64,000 nt of DNA from Desulfobacterales bacterium (GCA_963668645.2 CAXXWC010000010.1:32001-96000), one strand, 5' to 3'. Numbered from the stretch's first letter, positions 11,236 through 20,219 are shown. Notes: generated by a model from the letters alone, not told the origin. Made by a program: numbers and translations.

Positions 11236-11694
11236 CTACGTATTGATAAGACTCAGGATTTCTTCGTTAGTGGGAATATCCGCCATGGAATGCCCGTAGT
11301 GGACATATCGAAGCACGCCTGACTTATCGATGAGCATCTGTGCCGGCATTCTGCCCAATTTAAACAACCTGACCTCTTGCCCGTACATTTTTAAAATTTT
11401 ATGTTCAGGATCGGGCAATCCAATAAATTGCAGATCATTTTTTTCCCAGTACTTCTTGAAAGAGTCTGCACTTTCAGGTCCGATAACGACAATTTCCGTG
11501 CTTAATTCTACAAATCGTTGATAGTCCTGGCGCAACTGCGCCATATGCCTTCGGCAAAACGGTCAGACGAAACCACGGTTGAAAACCACCAGAACATTTT
11601 TCTGACCTCGAAAATCTGAAAGTGATACGTTTTTCCCGTTGAAATCGTATAAAGAAAATTCAGGGGCATGGTGGTGCATCTCAACTTTGGCCAT
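11236..11694 (-). CDS. Selenocysteine-containing AhpC/TSA peroxiredoxin-like protein (UxxC)
   Basis: Two ORFs are joined in frame through TGA at 11563-11565: ...VFNRGFV-U-PFCRRHMAQL. RBS AAGGAGG before ATG 11694; hairpin 19 nt after the UGA. Confidence 0.88.
11528..11562 (-). promoter_or_regulatory. Candidate bacterial SECIS element
   Basis: After the UGA: CCGTTTTGCCGAAGGCATA-TGGCGC-AGTT-GCGCCA, a 6-bp stem with a G-U in the apical loop. Confidence 0.75.
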
Positions 11695-11695
11695 G

Positions 11696-12679
11696 TTAGG
11701 TCCCTCCTTTACCGGCTTTGACGATTCGACATACCGCCGAGGTCGAAACACCCAGTTGTCTGGCCGTTTCCGCCAAGGACAAACCGATCTCTCCTATCAA
11801 CTCCATCGCCAGCCGGCGGCGAACGGCTGACACCCGGCGACGGCGGCTTCCTGACGAAAGTTCTTTCTCCCCTATCCCTTCGGCCCGGCAAACCTCGTCA
11901 ACCCGACGCCGGGCCTCTTCGATTCTTTCGTTCAGCGGCAGCTGCCGTTTGATCCGTTCATCGGCCTCCTGGAGAAGCGCATGTACAAAATCGCCGCTGC
12001 CAAGCACCCGCTCGTCGCCGATCTCATACTCCTGCCCTCCGCTGGCGCGCAGCGCCTTGACCGCCGACCAGCCGCCCATGGAGCGGATCAATCCCCCGCC
12101 CACCAATTCGGGACGCCTGCCCTGTGAAATGCCTTGGCGAACAAATTCCCGGTACGCCTCTCTGGCTTCTTTTGGGGTCTTGCCGAACCATCCGAGCACA
12201 TAGGCCACATCCTGCCAGCCGAGGGACTTCTTGCCCATGATGGCCGCATGACCGCACCATTCATATCGATCCAGCTCGTTAATATTTGCCACGATGCCGG
12301 CCCGCAGCGGATTTAAATGAATGTATCGTACCAGTTCCTTGAAATAGGCATCCTCCTGACAAACGATGGATTTGTACCGATTCTGAAACAGGTGCCCGTA
12401 GCGGCCGTGGCGGCGGTTGAAGGCTACGGCATATCCGGTCAGAAAGCGGCGCATGAATACGGGCAACCCTTCGTGGCCGCTGCGAAGCAGGATATGGGCA
12501 TGATTGTCCATCAGTGCCCAGGCGTAAAGGCAGGTTCCCGTGGTTTGGGCCTGATCACTCAAGCGGGTCAGGAAATCTTCCCGATCCTCATCGTCGTAAA
12601 CGATATTCCCGCGTTCGATGCCCCGCAGCATAACGTGGTGCAATGTTCCCGGGGCATCCAGCCTTGCTCCTCTGGGCAT
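11696..12679 (-). CDS. REP-associated tyrosine transposase (RAYT)-like Y1/HUH transposase with C-terminal HTH
   Basis: MPRGARLDAPGTLHHV, MDNHAH (HUH), GHLFQNRYKS, YIHLNPLRAG, C-terminal SLAETARQLGVSTSAV. Confidence 0.9.
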   Translation of the reverse strand: MPRGARLDAPGTLHHVMLRGIERGNIVYDDEDREDFLTRLSDQAQTTGTCLYAWALMDNHAHILLRSGHEGLPVFMRRFLTGYAVAFNRRHGRYGHLFQNRYKSIVCQEDAYFKELVRYIHLNPLRAGIVANINELDRYEWCGHAAIMGKKSLGWQDVAYVLGWFGKTPKEAREAYREFVRQGISQGRRPELVGGGLIRSMGGWSAVKALRASGGQEYEIGDERVLGSGDFVHALLQEADERIKRQLPLNERIEEARRRVDEVCRAEGIGEKELSSGSRRRRVSAVRRRLAMELIGEIGLSLAETARQLGVSTSAVCRIVKAGKGGT

Positions 12680-12743
12680 TGGACACCTCCCTGCCTGGTG
12701 GTCGTGGACGTGTACGGATAAGTCGTTATATCATCTTAAGTTG

Positions 12744-12779
12744 AATTAATCAACAACGTCCCCATTTACGTCCCCATTT
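12744..12779. repeat. AATTAATCAAC-N3-GTCCC motif followed by a 12-bp tandem duplication (ACGTCCCCATTT x2)
   Basis: The same motif occurs at 10720-10738 and 13021-13039 in the same orientation. Confidence 0.8.
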
Positions 12780-12782
12780 ACC

Positions 12783-12940
12783 CGTATACCGGAGCCGTCG
12801 CCGCTGGCCAGGCAGTTATTGGGCGCCGTGAAGGTGAATTTACCGGCAGCCATTCCCAAGTCCAAGGTGGTGGTAGACACAAAGAAAAAACTCGTTTCTG
12901 AAAGGAAACACATTTAATTGCAATTAGTTGAGATGGGTTA
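12783..12940 (+). pseudogene. IS1634-family transposase 3' end remnant
   Basis: Encodes ...PEPSPLARQLLGAVKVNLPAAIPKSKVVVDTKKKLVSERKHI*. Near-identical to the reverse complement of ~32990-33150. Confidence 0.85.
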
Positions 12941-13014
12941 AGGCGAAGATACGGAGAGCGAAGATACGGTCTAATGGGTTAAGGCGAAGATACGGAGAGC
13001 GAAGATACGGTCTA
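12933..13014. repeat. Perfect 41-bp tandem repeat x2
   Basis: ATGGGTTAAGGCGAAGATACGGAGAGCGAAGATACGGTCTA at 12933-12973 and 12974-13014. Each unit contains GCGAAGATACGG twice. Confidence 0.95.
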
Positions 13015-13040
13015 AAGTTAAATTAATCAACCCTGTCCCT

Positions 13041-14201
13041 TCATTCTCGAACCCGGCCCAATAGAGAATCGTTCAGGGCAAGGGTATGCAGGGGGACGGC
13101 CTCTACCTGATCCGACAGTGGAAACCGCCGGGTTCCCGGATAGATGATGATAACATGCTGCAACTTCAAGTCTTCTAGTGCGATACGAATGGATGGCGTC
13201 AACCGGGGTGTGTCGGTGCGTTTGCACTCGATTCCGATCAGTGCACTGCCGCAACGCAAAATCAAGTCGATTTCCGCCCCTTGGTGGGTCGCCCAAAAGA
13301 AGGCCTCGTCATGGGATTGTGTTCTCAGGACCTGTTCGATGACAAACCCTTCCCAAGAAGCGCCCACTTTGGGATGGGTGAGCAGCGCCTTCATCGAATC
13401 GACACCGATCAACCGGTGCAGTAATCCGGTGTCTCGCAGGTAGATCTTGGGCGACTTCACTTGGCGTTTTGCCAGGTTGGCATAATACGGCTGTAACTGT
13501 CTCAGCATCAGTGCGTCAGTGAGCAGATCCAGATGCCGGCGGGTCGTCGATTCGCTGACGCCGAGGGCCCGTGCCGGTTCGGCGGCGTTCCAGATCTGTC
13601 CGTGGTAATGCGCCACCATGGTCCAAAAGCGCTGCAACGCGATGGCCGGGATACGGCCCCCCCACTGGGGAAAATCACGCTCCAGCAAGGTTTGAATGAA
13701 GTTTTTGCGCCACGAACCGCTATCGGCGTCGCTGGCAGCCAGGTAAGACAGGGGGAATCCGCCCCTGAACCAGAGCCGCTGTTCCGCCTCGGCACCCAGC
13801 TCCGGCAGGGAAAAGCCGCCGATGACAACTCTCTCCATTCTGCCGGCAAGGCTCTCCGAGGACTGGCGCAGCAGATCACCGGATGCGCTGCCGAGGATCA
13901 AAAAGCGCGCCGGATTTTCCCGCCGATCGACAAGCACCCGCAGCACCGGGAAAAGATCCGGTCGCCGCTGGACCTCGTCGATCACCACGAGCCCGTGCAG
14001 TGGTCTCAAAGCGGTCATGGGCTCCTCCAGGCGCGCCAGGCTGGCCGGGTCCTCCAAGTCGAAGTAGTTGATCGAATCTTCGTCGAGCAATTCACGTGCG
14101 AGGGTGGTTTTTCCGCTCTGACGCGGGCCGACCATGACGACCACGCGGCTGCGGGCAAGCGCGCCGGTGATAGTCTCAAGGATATCCGGGCGTTGAATCA
14201 T
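13041..14201 (-). CDS. AAA+ ATPase (AAA_14 + DUF4143 type)
   Basis: GPRQSGKTT, VIDEVQ, LGSAS, SESLAGR, RGGFP, KSPKIYLRDTG, EIDL...IECK. Start MIQRP at 14201. Confidence 0.9.
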   Translation of the reverse strand: MIQRPDILETITGALARSRVVVMVGPRQSGKTTLARELLDEDSINYFDLEDPASLARLEEPMTALRPLHGLVVIDEVQRRPDLFPVLRVLVDRRENPARFLILGSASGDLLRQSSESLAGRMERVVIGGFSLPELGAEAEQRLWFRGGFPLSYLAASDADSGSWRKNFIQTLLERDFPQWGGRIPAIALQRFWTMVAHYHGQIWNAAEPARALGVSESTTRRHLDLLTDALMLRQLQPYYANLAKRQVKSPKIYLRDTGLLHRLIGVDSMKALLTHPKVGASWEGFVIEQVLRTQSHDEAFFWATHQGAEIDLILRCGSALIGIECKRTDTPRLTPSIRIALEDLKLQHVIIIYPGTRRFPLSDQVEAVPLHTLALNDSLLGRVRE

Positions 14202-14319
14202 GATCGAAAAAATACCATGAATATCGGCGATGTCAAGACCGATTTTCATGGTAATCTCGGAAACGGTACAATCCCGACCGGCTCCCTGCACTATGCGGCC
14301 GGATTCCGGATTAACGAAA

Positions 14320-14608
14320 CTATGTATTGATAAGACACAGAATTTCTTCGTTTGCGGGAATATCCGCCATGATGGATTTGTAGCGAGTCTGAAACAGGTG
14401 CCCGTGGCGGCCGCGGCGGCGGTTCGAAGACTACGGCATAACCGGTAAGGGAAGAAAGCGGCGCATGAACACGGACAACCCATAGGTGCCGCTGCGAAGC
14501 AGGATATGGGCATGATTGTCCATTAGTGCCCAGGCGTAAACGCAGGTTCTCGTGGTTTGGGCCTGATCACCCAAACGGGTCAGAAAATCTTCGGGATCCT
14601 CATCGTTG
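14320..14608 (-). pseudogene. Fused remnant: RAYT middle joined to the peroxiredoxin 3' end
   Basis: Minus strand reads HLFQTRYKSI|MADIPANEEILCLINT*, i.e. RAYT (HLFQNRYKSI) joined directly to the peroxiredoxin tail (MADIPTNEEILSLINT). Confidence 0.9.
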
Positions 14609-14609
14609 T

Positions 14610-15100
14610 CTGGTGATCGCCTGGACGATGATGAAAAATCAGACAGCCTTCAATCCGGCGCTGATCCAGGTGTAGGTGAGGAGCAAGGCCGGACGGCCAT
14701 GGCAAAGAGCTCGTTAAGCCTCGTAGGAGCACCGACTGCGCGGGAGGGACTATACCGAGCCTTTGCAGGCCGACAGGCCAACCCCGGATGGACACAGGAG
14801 GACAGGGATGATGTAGCGAAGATCAGTTCAACCCATCAATTTGGACGGCGAGAGAGCCCGCTCAACAACGTTGAGGCATTCGACCTCGTGAGGGACAATC
14901 TGAGGGCCTCTCTTAGAACTCAGAGCCTTGATAAGGAATGATGGACAGCGGTGCCGGGACAGCCGCACCGGATGTCGGATAAACGTAACGATCAGGGTAC
15001 GAGTTCATCGCAAGAGAGAAGATCGCCGGGAACATTCAGGGCTGTCGTCAAGGCGGGATGGTGGAGTGTGAAAATCGGTTTCGCCAGCTCTTAACATTCT
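14610..15100 (+). mobile_element. IS110-family right-end remnant: transposase C-terminus plus long non-coding end
   Basis: LVIAWTMMKNQTAFNPALIQV* (14610-14675) resembles IS110 transposase C-termini. It is followed by ~420 nt of non-coding sequence with pairing arms (14702-14713 / 14756-14766). Confidence 0.6.
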
Positions 15101-15104
15101 GATT

Positions 15105-15407
15105 TCATTGCTGATAAAAATCGCTTGACATAAAGGACATAGAATGTCCCCTTCCCCTCATGGCTTGCAACCATTTCCATAACGGCAGGTTCGTGCTGTG
15201 CAAGACCGTCTTGGTGGTCACCGTATAATGGCGCTTGCATTGCTTGCACTCGTAACGGCCGCGGTGCTGGTAGCCGGCCCTAATGCGATAGGCGCCCTGA
15301 AATCCACAGTGGGGGCACATGGGCTCCTGCGGCCAGCGGACCGCTTCGAAAAACTGCAGACACGCCTGCTCATCGGGAAATTGTCGTCTCAGTCGATCCA
15401 TGTCCAT
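15105..15407 (-). pseudogene. IS1595-family transposase N-terminal remnant
   Basis: FPDEQAC...RWP...CPHCG...YECKQCKRHYTVT...LPLWKW Zn-ribbon. The DDE domain is missing. Confidence 0.85.
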
Positions 15408-15597
15408 GGGCGGCCTCCTGTTGGTGGTGTTTCAGAAGGTCATAACCCAGGACTTTGTCAGATCAGGTCAATGGCTCCTTACTTTGGTAGATAGGCCCGT
15501 ATATTTTTATAAATTTAAGAGTTTTTTTGCAATATTCTACAAGACGTAATTCGGATATTGCGATACTTTCATGGAAATTTTTCCTATGGAGTGAGCT

Positions 15598-16518
15598 ATG
15601 CAACGCAAAGGCGATATAAAAGCCTATATATTTCTTTCATTTTCCGTCCTTTTCTGGGGTACCTCTTATGTTGGAACCAAAATTGCGCTAACAAATTTCC
15701 CGCCCCTAACCCTTGCTTTTTTACGTTTTTTTATTGCTTCAATCGTTTTTTTGGCCTTTCTAACCCTTCGGGGATGGCCAAAGTTGCCGGATAATTTTCA
15801 TAAAAAAATGATGCTAATTTCGTTATTTCTGCCCGGTCTTTACTTCATTTGTGAAAATTACGGGGTTAAGTATACCACTGCAACAAAAGCATCATTAATC
15901 GCGGCGACTATTCCTGTGGCTGTGCTGTTACTTTCCATCTTTTTTCTCAAAGAGCGGATTTCAGTTAAACGCATTTTAAGTTTATTCCTTTCTCTTGTTG
16001 GCGTAACTTTGTTAATTTGCATTGAACAAGACCAATCCACTCTTTTTTCCGTTTCAAAAGGAGATGTCCTAATGTTAGGAGCTGTTTTTGCAGCAGCTGG
16101 ATATATGATTTTAGCTCGACATTTCAGCAATGAAATTGATCCAGTACTGATTACGGCATTCCAAATGCTTTATGGCGCACTGTTTTTTTCCCCTTTTTTT
16201 CTTCTTCAAGTCACTGAAGTGCAGTGGGTAGCTGTGGAGTCTTCATCCTGGATAGCCTTATTCGTATTGGCGATGTTCTCATCCGTTGGTGCTTTTGTTA
16301 CCTACAATTCTGCACTGTGCTATATTCCAGCAAGCAGGGCATCTATTTTTATAAATATTGTTCCCTTTATTACCATTTTTGCGGCATGGTGGCTGTTAGA
16401 TGAGAGGCTGCGTATAATACAGTTCGCTGGTGGCATGATTGTCATTTTCGCTGCATATTTGGCTCAAATTAGCGGGAAAGACTCAATGCAGATAGCGTCC
16501 AGGAGTCACTCCGATTAG
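15598..16518 (+). CDS. DMT/EamA family transporter
   Basis: LFWG start motif, about 10 hydrophobic helices, duplicated EamA halves (LKERIS, LLDERL). Confidence 0.9.
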   Translation: MQRKGDIKAYIFLSFSVLFWGTSYVGTKIALTNFPPLTLAFLRFFIASIVFLAFLTLRGWPKLPDNFHKKMMLISLFLPGLYFICENYGVKYTTATKASLIAATIPVAVLLLSIFFLKERISVKRILSLFLSLVGVTLLICIEQDQSTLFSVSKGDVLMLGAVFAAAGYMILARHFSNEIDPVLITAFQMLYGALFFSPFFLLQVTEVQWVAVESSSWIALFVLAMFSSVGAFVTYNSALCYIPASRASIFINIVPFITIFAAWWLLDERLRIIQFAGGMIVIFAAYLAQISGKDSMQIASRSHSD

Positions 16519-17298
16519 CCGTTTAAAGCGTCTTGTAAAATGACTTTGATCTGTAAATCCCAATGATAATGCAACTTCAGCCAGCGATAATCCTTTATCC
16601 AGCAACCGCTGAGCTTCACTAATTCGTAAGCATTCAAAAAAAGCATATGGAGACATCCCAGTAACACGATTAAATTCCCGTATTAAACGGAATTGATCGA
16701 TGCCCAGGTTTTCAGCAACTTCTTTCAGGTTTGGTTTTACCAAGAGATTGGCAAGAATGTATTCCTTCGCTCTTTCTATTACCCAATTTTCAGGACAAGC
16801 TGGATATTTCTTGCCCTTATGATGAGCATATCGGTCTAAAAGAAGTGACATAAACTGGATCGCAACGCATTCCTTCTCAAGCACGGAGTTTTTTAAATTT
16901 ATGGGATCATGTAGCTGGTTAAATAATCGAAGTAATTGATGATCATCCACTCTAATCTGCCTCAGAACAGATTGCTCTTTCAGGTGAATTTCGAGGGAAT
17001 CCGCGATCTGTTCAACCTGTGAACAACTAAAGTACACTGCACGCCAGCGAAATCCATTCTTGTCTGCTGGTTTTCCGGTATGATCGTCGCCTGGATTTAA
17101 AAGAATCATTCCATTAGGAGGCGTAAAGTATTCTTCTTTTTTGTGACAAAAGAGTTGCTTTCCTTCTGTAATGGCGCCTACGACATAGTAGTCATGAGCA
17201 TGTTTTGGAAAAATGTGACTATAGAAGAAGGCATCACAAAACTTGAGGTTAGTTGCCTTATCTTTCCAAATTCGAACTTTGTCGACAGCTGCTTTCAC
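16483..17298 (-). CDS. AraC family transcriptional regulator
   Basis: FPKHAHD cupin N-terminus and C-terminal GFTDQSHFTRRFKRLIGVTPGRY. Convergent with the DMT gene. Confidence 0.9.
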   Translation of the reverse strand: MKAAVDKVRIWKDKATNLKFCDAFFYSHIFPKHAHDYYVVGAITEGKQLFCHKKEEYFTPPNGMILLNPGDDHTGKPADKNGFRWRAVYFSCSQVEQIADSLEIHLKEQSVLRQIRVDDHQLLRLFNQLHDPINLKNSVLEKECVAIQFMSLLLDRYAHHKGKKYPACPENWVIERAKEYILANLLVKPNLKEVAENLGIDQFRLIREFNRVTGMSPYAFFECLRISEAQRLLDKGLSLAEVALSLGFTDQSHFTRRFKRLIGVTPGRYLH

Positions 17299-17391
17299 TT
17301 GGCCTCACGATTCCCTTTAAACCATTCTGAACGCCCCGGTCATGAGCAGCCAGGGCTCCAGAACTGGGTGCATTCCCAAATAGTGGCATTT

Positions 17392-18777
17392 CTATAGGCC
17401 ATCCCGATTGAGTGCTGCCAAGTTTGCGAGCATGATATTCCACCGATCACAAAGCAGAGTGCTTCTCAAGAACAGCATCGCTTCGGAGGTTGAGCGTTTC
17501 CAGAACGAGCCGGCTGACTTGAGCCGCAAGTTGATCACCCGGCGTATGGCACTTTCCACGCAGCCGCTTCCACAGGGCAGCACCAGATGTTTGAACGAGG
17601 CATATTGCATGCGGCGGTGGTTTGCCAGAAAGTAGTTGCTGAACTTGGCAATGGCCTCTTTGAGCTTCTTCGGGCCGGCTACATGCCGGCGGATCTGCCG
17701 GCCCAGTTCCATGATATCGCCTTGGAAAAGCATATTTTTCCATTCGGTGCCGATGGCCAGGCGCGTTTTGGGGTCAAGCTTTTTGGGCAACTTGCCCACG
17801 ATTTCATTCAAGTTCTGCTTGGCATGGGTGTAGTCGATGATTTCCAGATGTGCCTTGAGTTCCAGTCTGCGGGCCAGGGCCGTAAATCGCCGCCAGTACT
17901 TGCGCGCACCGTCGGCACAAAAGATGACCACGTCGGCCTGGGCTACATCCAACTGGCGCAAATATCCTTCCAATAACTGGAAGGCGCCGTCGGTATCGGC
18001 CATCGTGGCGTCGTAAATCGGCTTGGTGTGACGGCATTTAGTGCCATTTTCATCGAGCCACTGGATCACCAACTGGCTGGGCTCTCGCCAGTGGGTATGG
18101 TAGCCTTGACGTTTGAGTGATTTAGGTCGGCGACCCTTTTTGTTGGTTCTTTCGCGAAGCCGGCCACCGTCGATGCATACCAGCAGTGTGCGGCCTTTTA
18201 CCTGGTCGTGGTCCGAAACAGCGATGCGGCAGCGTTGCTCAATGGCCTGCTGGCCCATGTTCACAGACAGACGGCGGATCGTTTTCACATCCAAGTCGAT
18301 CCCCGAAGAGGCCAGCGTCTTGCGCGACAGTACAAACGATGGGCATAGCAGTGCCGATTGGACAACTATGGAAGCCAGCAGCATACTGCAGCGATCGAAA
18401 AAGCCCAGATACGACAGCCCCACGTGGCAACCGGTTTTGCCCTGGCGCTTTTTAGGTTTGCGGCCCTTGCGAGCGTGCGCTGGGGCAAAATACGGGGATC
18501 GGATCGATAGGTTGCGGCCTGTCAGCAGTCGGATGCTGGTGGTTTTATACCCCTTGAAGCGTAGTGCGGATTTGCCTGCTACCGCTTTAAGATGGGCGAT
18601 AAAATCACGTTGGTTCAACCGCTGTTGGATGTGGGTGACAACCAGTTTTTCGATAAATACCAGCAGCAACGTACGCAACTGCACCAGCAGTCGGTTGATG
18701 TCGGCGTGTTGGTGAAACCGGGCAATAGCCCCCTCGATGTCCCGTTGCAGGCGTTGACAATCTACCGTAATCTCCAT
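17392..18777 (-). CDS. ISKra4/Mutator-like DDE transposase
   Basis: IDGG, ADGA, IDYTHA and GSGCVESAIR motifs. Confidence 0.8.
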   Translation of the reverse strand: MEITVDCQRLQRDIEGAIARFHQHADINRLLVQLRTLLLVFIEKLVVTHIQQRLNQRDFIAHLKAVAGKSALRFKGYKTTSIRLLTGRNLSIRSPYFAPAHARKGRKPKKRQGKTGCHVGLSYLGFFDRCSMLLASIVVQSALLCPSFVLSRKTLASSGIDLDVKTIRRLSVNMGQQAIEQRCRIAVSDHDQVKGRTLLVCIDGGRLRERTNKKGRRPKSLKRQGYHTHWREPSQLVIQWLDENGTKCRHTKPIYDATMADTDGAFQLLEGYLRQLDVAQADVVIFCADGARKYWRRFTALARRLELKAHLEIIDYTHAKQNLNEIVGKLPKKLDPKTRLAIGTEWKNMLFQGDIMELGRQIRRHVAGPKKLKEAIAKFSNYFLANHRRMQYASFKHLVLPCGSGCVESAIRRVINLRLKSAGSFWKRSTSEAMLFLRSTLLCDRWNIMLANLAALNRDGL

Positions 18778-18831
18778 GCGGCCTCGCAGATAGCAGGTAT
18801 GCGTTTTCCTGCCGCTGCGATGGCTGCCGGC

Positions 18832-19713
18832 TCAATGCCCGGCGCATAATCGCTGCTTGAAGTCGGCTGCCAGCGGATATACGTACAGGTCTTTGACAGG
18901 CACGTTGAGCCGTTTGTAGCGGTCCTGGCGGCTGCGGCCTTTGGTCTGGCCGATTCGAACCCAGTTGGCAGCCTGATAGCAGGTGCCGGCAAAACGGGAT
19001 CGATCCACGAACGTTTCCACCAAACAAAGACCGTGGCCGTAGCGCTGCTTCCAATCGCCCTGCAGCCGGCGCATGCAGGCGCCCAGGATAAAACTGGCCA
19101 GGTTGGCCACCCTGACCCAGGGCAAAATCAAAAACCGGGTGTTGTTGGTCAGCAGCTTGAGGTTTTGCTTTCGGGTGGTCCGATCCCAACCGATGAACCG
19201 GTCCCGGGCGTCCGTTTTCCATGCCGCCGAGCCGAACAGCAGGCAGCCCACCGGGCGATTGCGAGCGTCGTAGACCATGTACTTGAGGTGTTCACCGACA
19301 TGTCCGAGGCAGCCCAAATAATGGTACCGATCCATCAGGCAATGGAACAACTGGTCAGTGTCCCCGCGCCCTTCGACCAGCAAGAGCCGGATCGGCCGCA
19401 GATCATTGATGGGCGATTCGATGGGCTCAATACTGTGGGCGATGTCGCGGATGCGCCGGCACCTGTTGTGGCAATTTTTTGCCGGTGGCAGTGCGATCAA
19501 CTGGCGTTGCTCGAGTTTTCGGAGCATCGAACGGCAGGCCATATCCTTGAGCACGCCTGTATCCGTGCGCCAGTTCCACAACCGGCAAATTTCGACAGAC
19601 AGCCGGGTGCGGTTCCAGTCTGAATGCTCGGCCATCAGACGACGGGTCAACTCAACGTCGCCTTCCGAGATCTGGCGCCCTTGGATAATCATGCTCATGA
19701 GGCCACTGTACAC
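18832..19713 (-). CDS. DUF4338 domain protein (DruA-like domain)
   Basis: YHYLG, NNTRFLILPWV, NLASFIL, ETFVD...GTCYQAANW...G.TKG. Confidence 0.85.
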   Translation of the reverse strand: MYSGLMSMIIQGRQISEGDVELTRRLMAEHSDWNRTRLSVEICRLWNWRTDTGVLKDMACRSMLRKLEQRQLIALPPAKNCHNRCRRIRDIAHSIEPIESPINDLRPIRLLLVEGRGDTDQLFHCLMDRYHYLGCLGHVGEHLKYMVYDARNRPVGCLLFGSAAWKTDARDRFIGWDRTTRKQNLKLLTNNTRFLILPWVRVANLASFILGACMRRLQGDWKQRYGHGLCLVETFVDRSRFAGTCYQAANWVRIGQTKGRSRQDRYKRLNVPVKDLYVYPLAADFKQRLCAGH

Positions 19714-19925
19714 AATGGAGCCGTTAGAGTCCAGATCGAATTTTCAAAGATCAACGACAACGCCACCAGCACCGGCAAGCCGGAACCAACAATCGGCCTC
19801 AGGGGAAAGTGCCCCTAAATGGGATTGCACCCCCAGAACTTTGAAAAAGATTATGAAGGTGAATTCAACAGCAAAATTTTAAAAAGCCACAGCCCTGGCT
19901 GTCGCCTGGACTGGGATGTTATAAA

Positions 19926-20219
19926 TCATTTTCCCTTTTTGTTTTGTGGTGGCTGGTTCCGCTTTATTGCCTTAGCTTCAGCTTTTTCAGCTTCAGCAAT
20001 ACTTGATTTCTGTTGGATTTTTACCTTTGCGCCACCTCGCACTGGGTTTGGACCGCCCGGTAAATGTTCTTTAAGACGTTCTTCTACTCTTCCTCTCTTG
20101 GCCACGCCTGTATAGAGGGTATTTCCTTTCTTATCTTCGATATTATAAACAACAGGTTTATTTTTCGCCAACCCTTCGATACCCGGTCCATCAAAATTGC
20201 CACTTTTTTTCCCGGCCAT
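19926..20219 (-). CDS. Small GIY-YIG nuclease-family protein
   Basis: PVVY...LYTG...RLKEH...AEKAE...QPPQN. RBS AAGGAG. Confidence 0.8.
   Translation of the reverse strand: MAGKKSGNFDGPGIEGLAKNKPVVYNIEDKKGNTLYTGVAKRGRVEERLKEHLPGGPNPVRGGAKVKIQQKSSIAEAEKAEAKAIKRNQPPQNKKGK

Larger units (their letters stand above)
17351..19897 (-). mobile_element. ISKra4-like element carrying DUF4338 and a transposase
   Basis: Terminal CAGGGCT/AGCCCTG plus subterminal inverted GGGTGCATTCCCA/TGGGATTGCACCC. Two genes inside. Exact ends uncertain by about 4 bp. Confidence 0.75.

Noticed and set aside
12933..13014. Possible CRISPR array
   Set aside because: Only two abutting units, no unique spacers and no cas genes.
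14202..14513. N-terminal extension of the 490-aa ATPase ORF
   Set aside because: It is read-through of RAYT/peroxiredoxin remnant DNA; the family-typical start is at 14201.
18832..19713. Druantia defence system
   Set aside because: Only a DUF4338 gene inside an IS; no DruE helicase or other dru genes.
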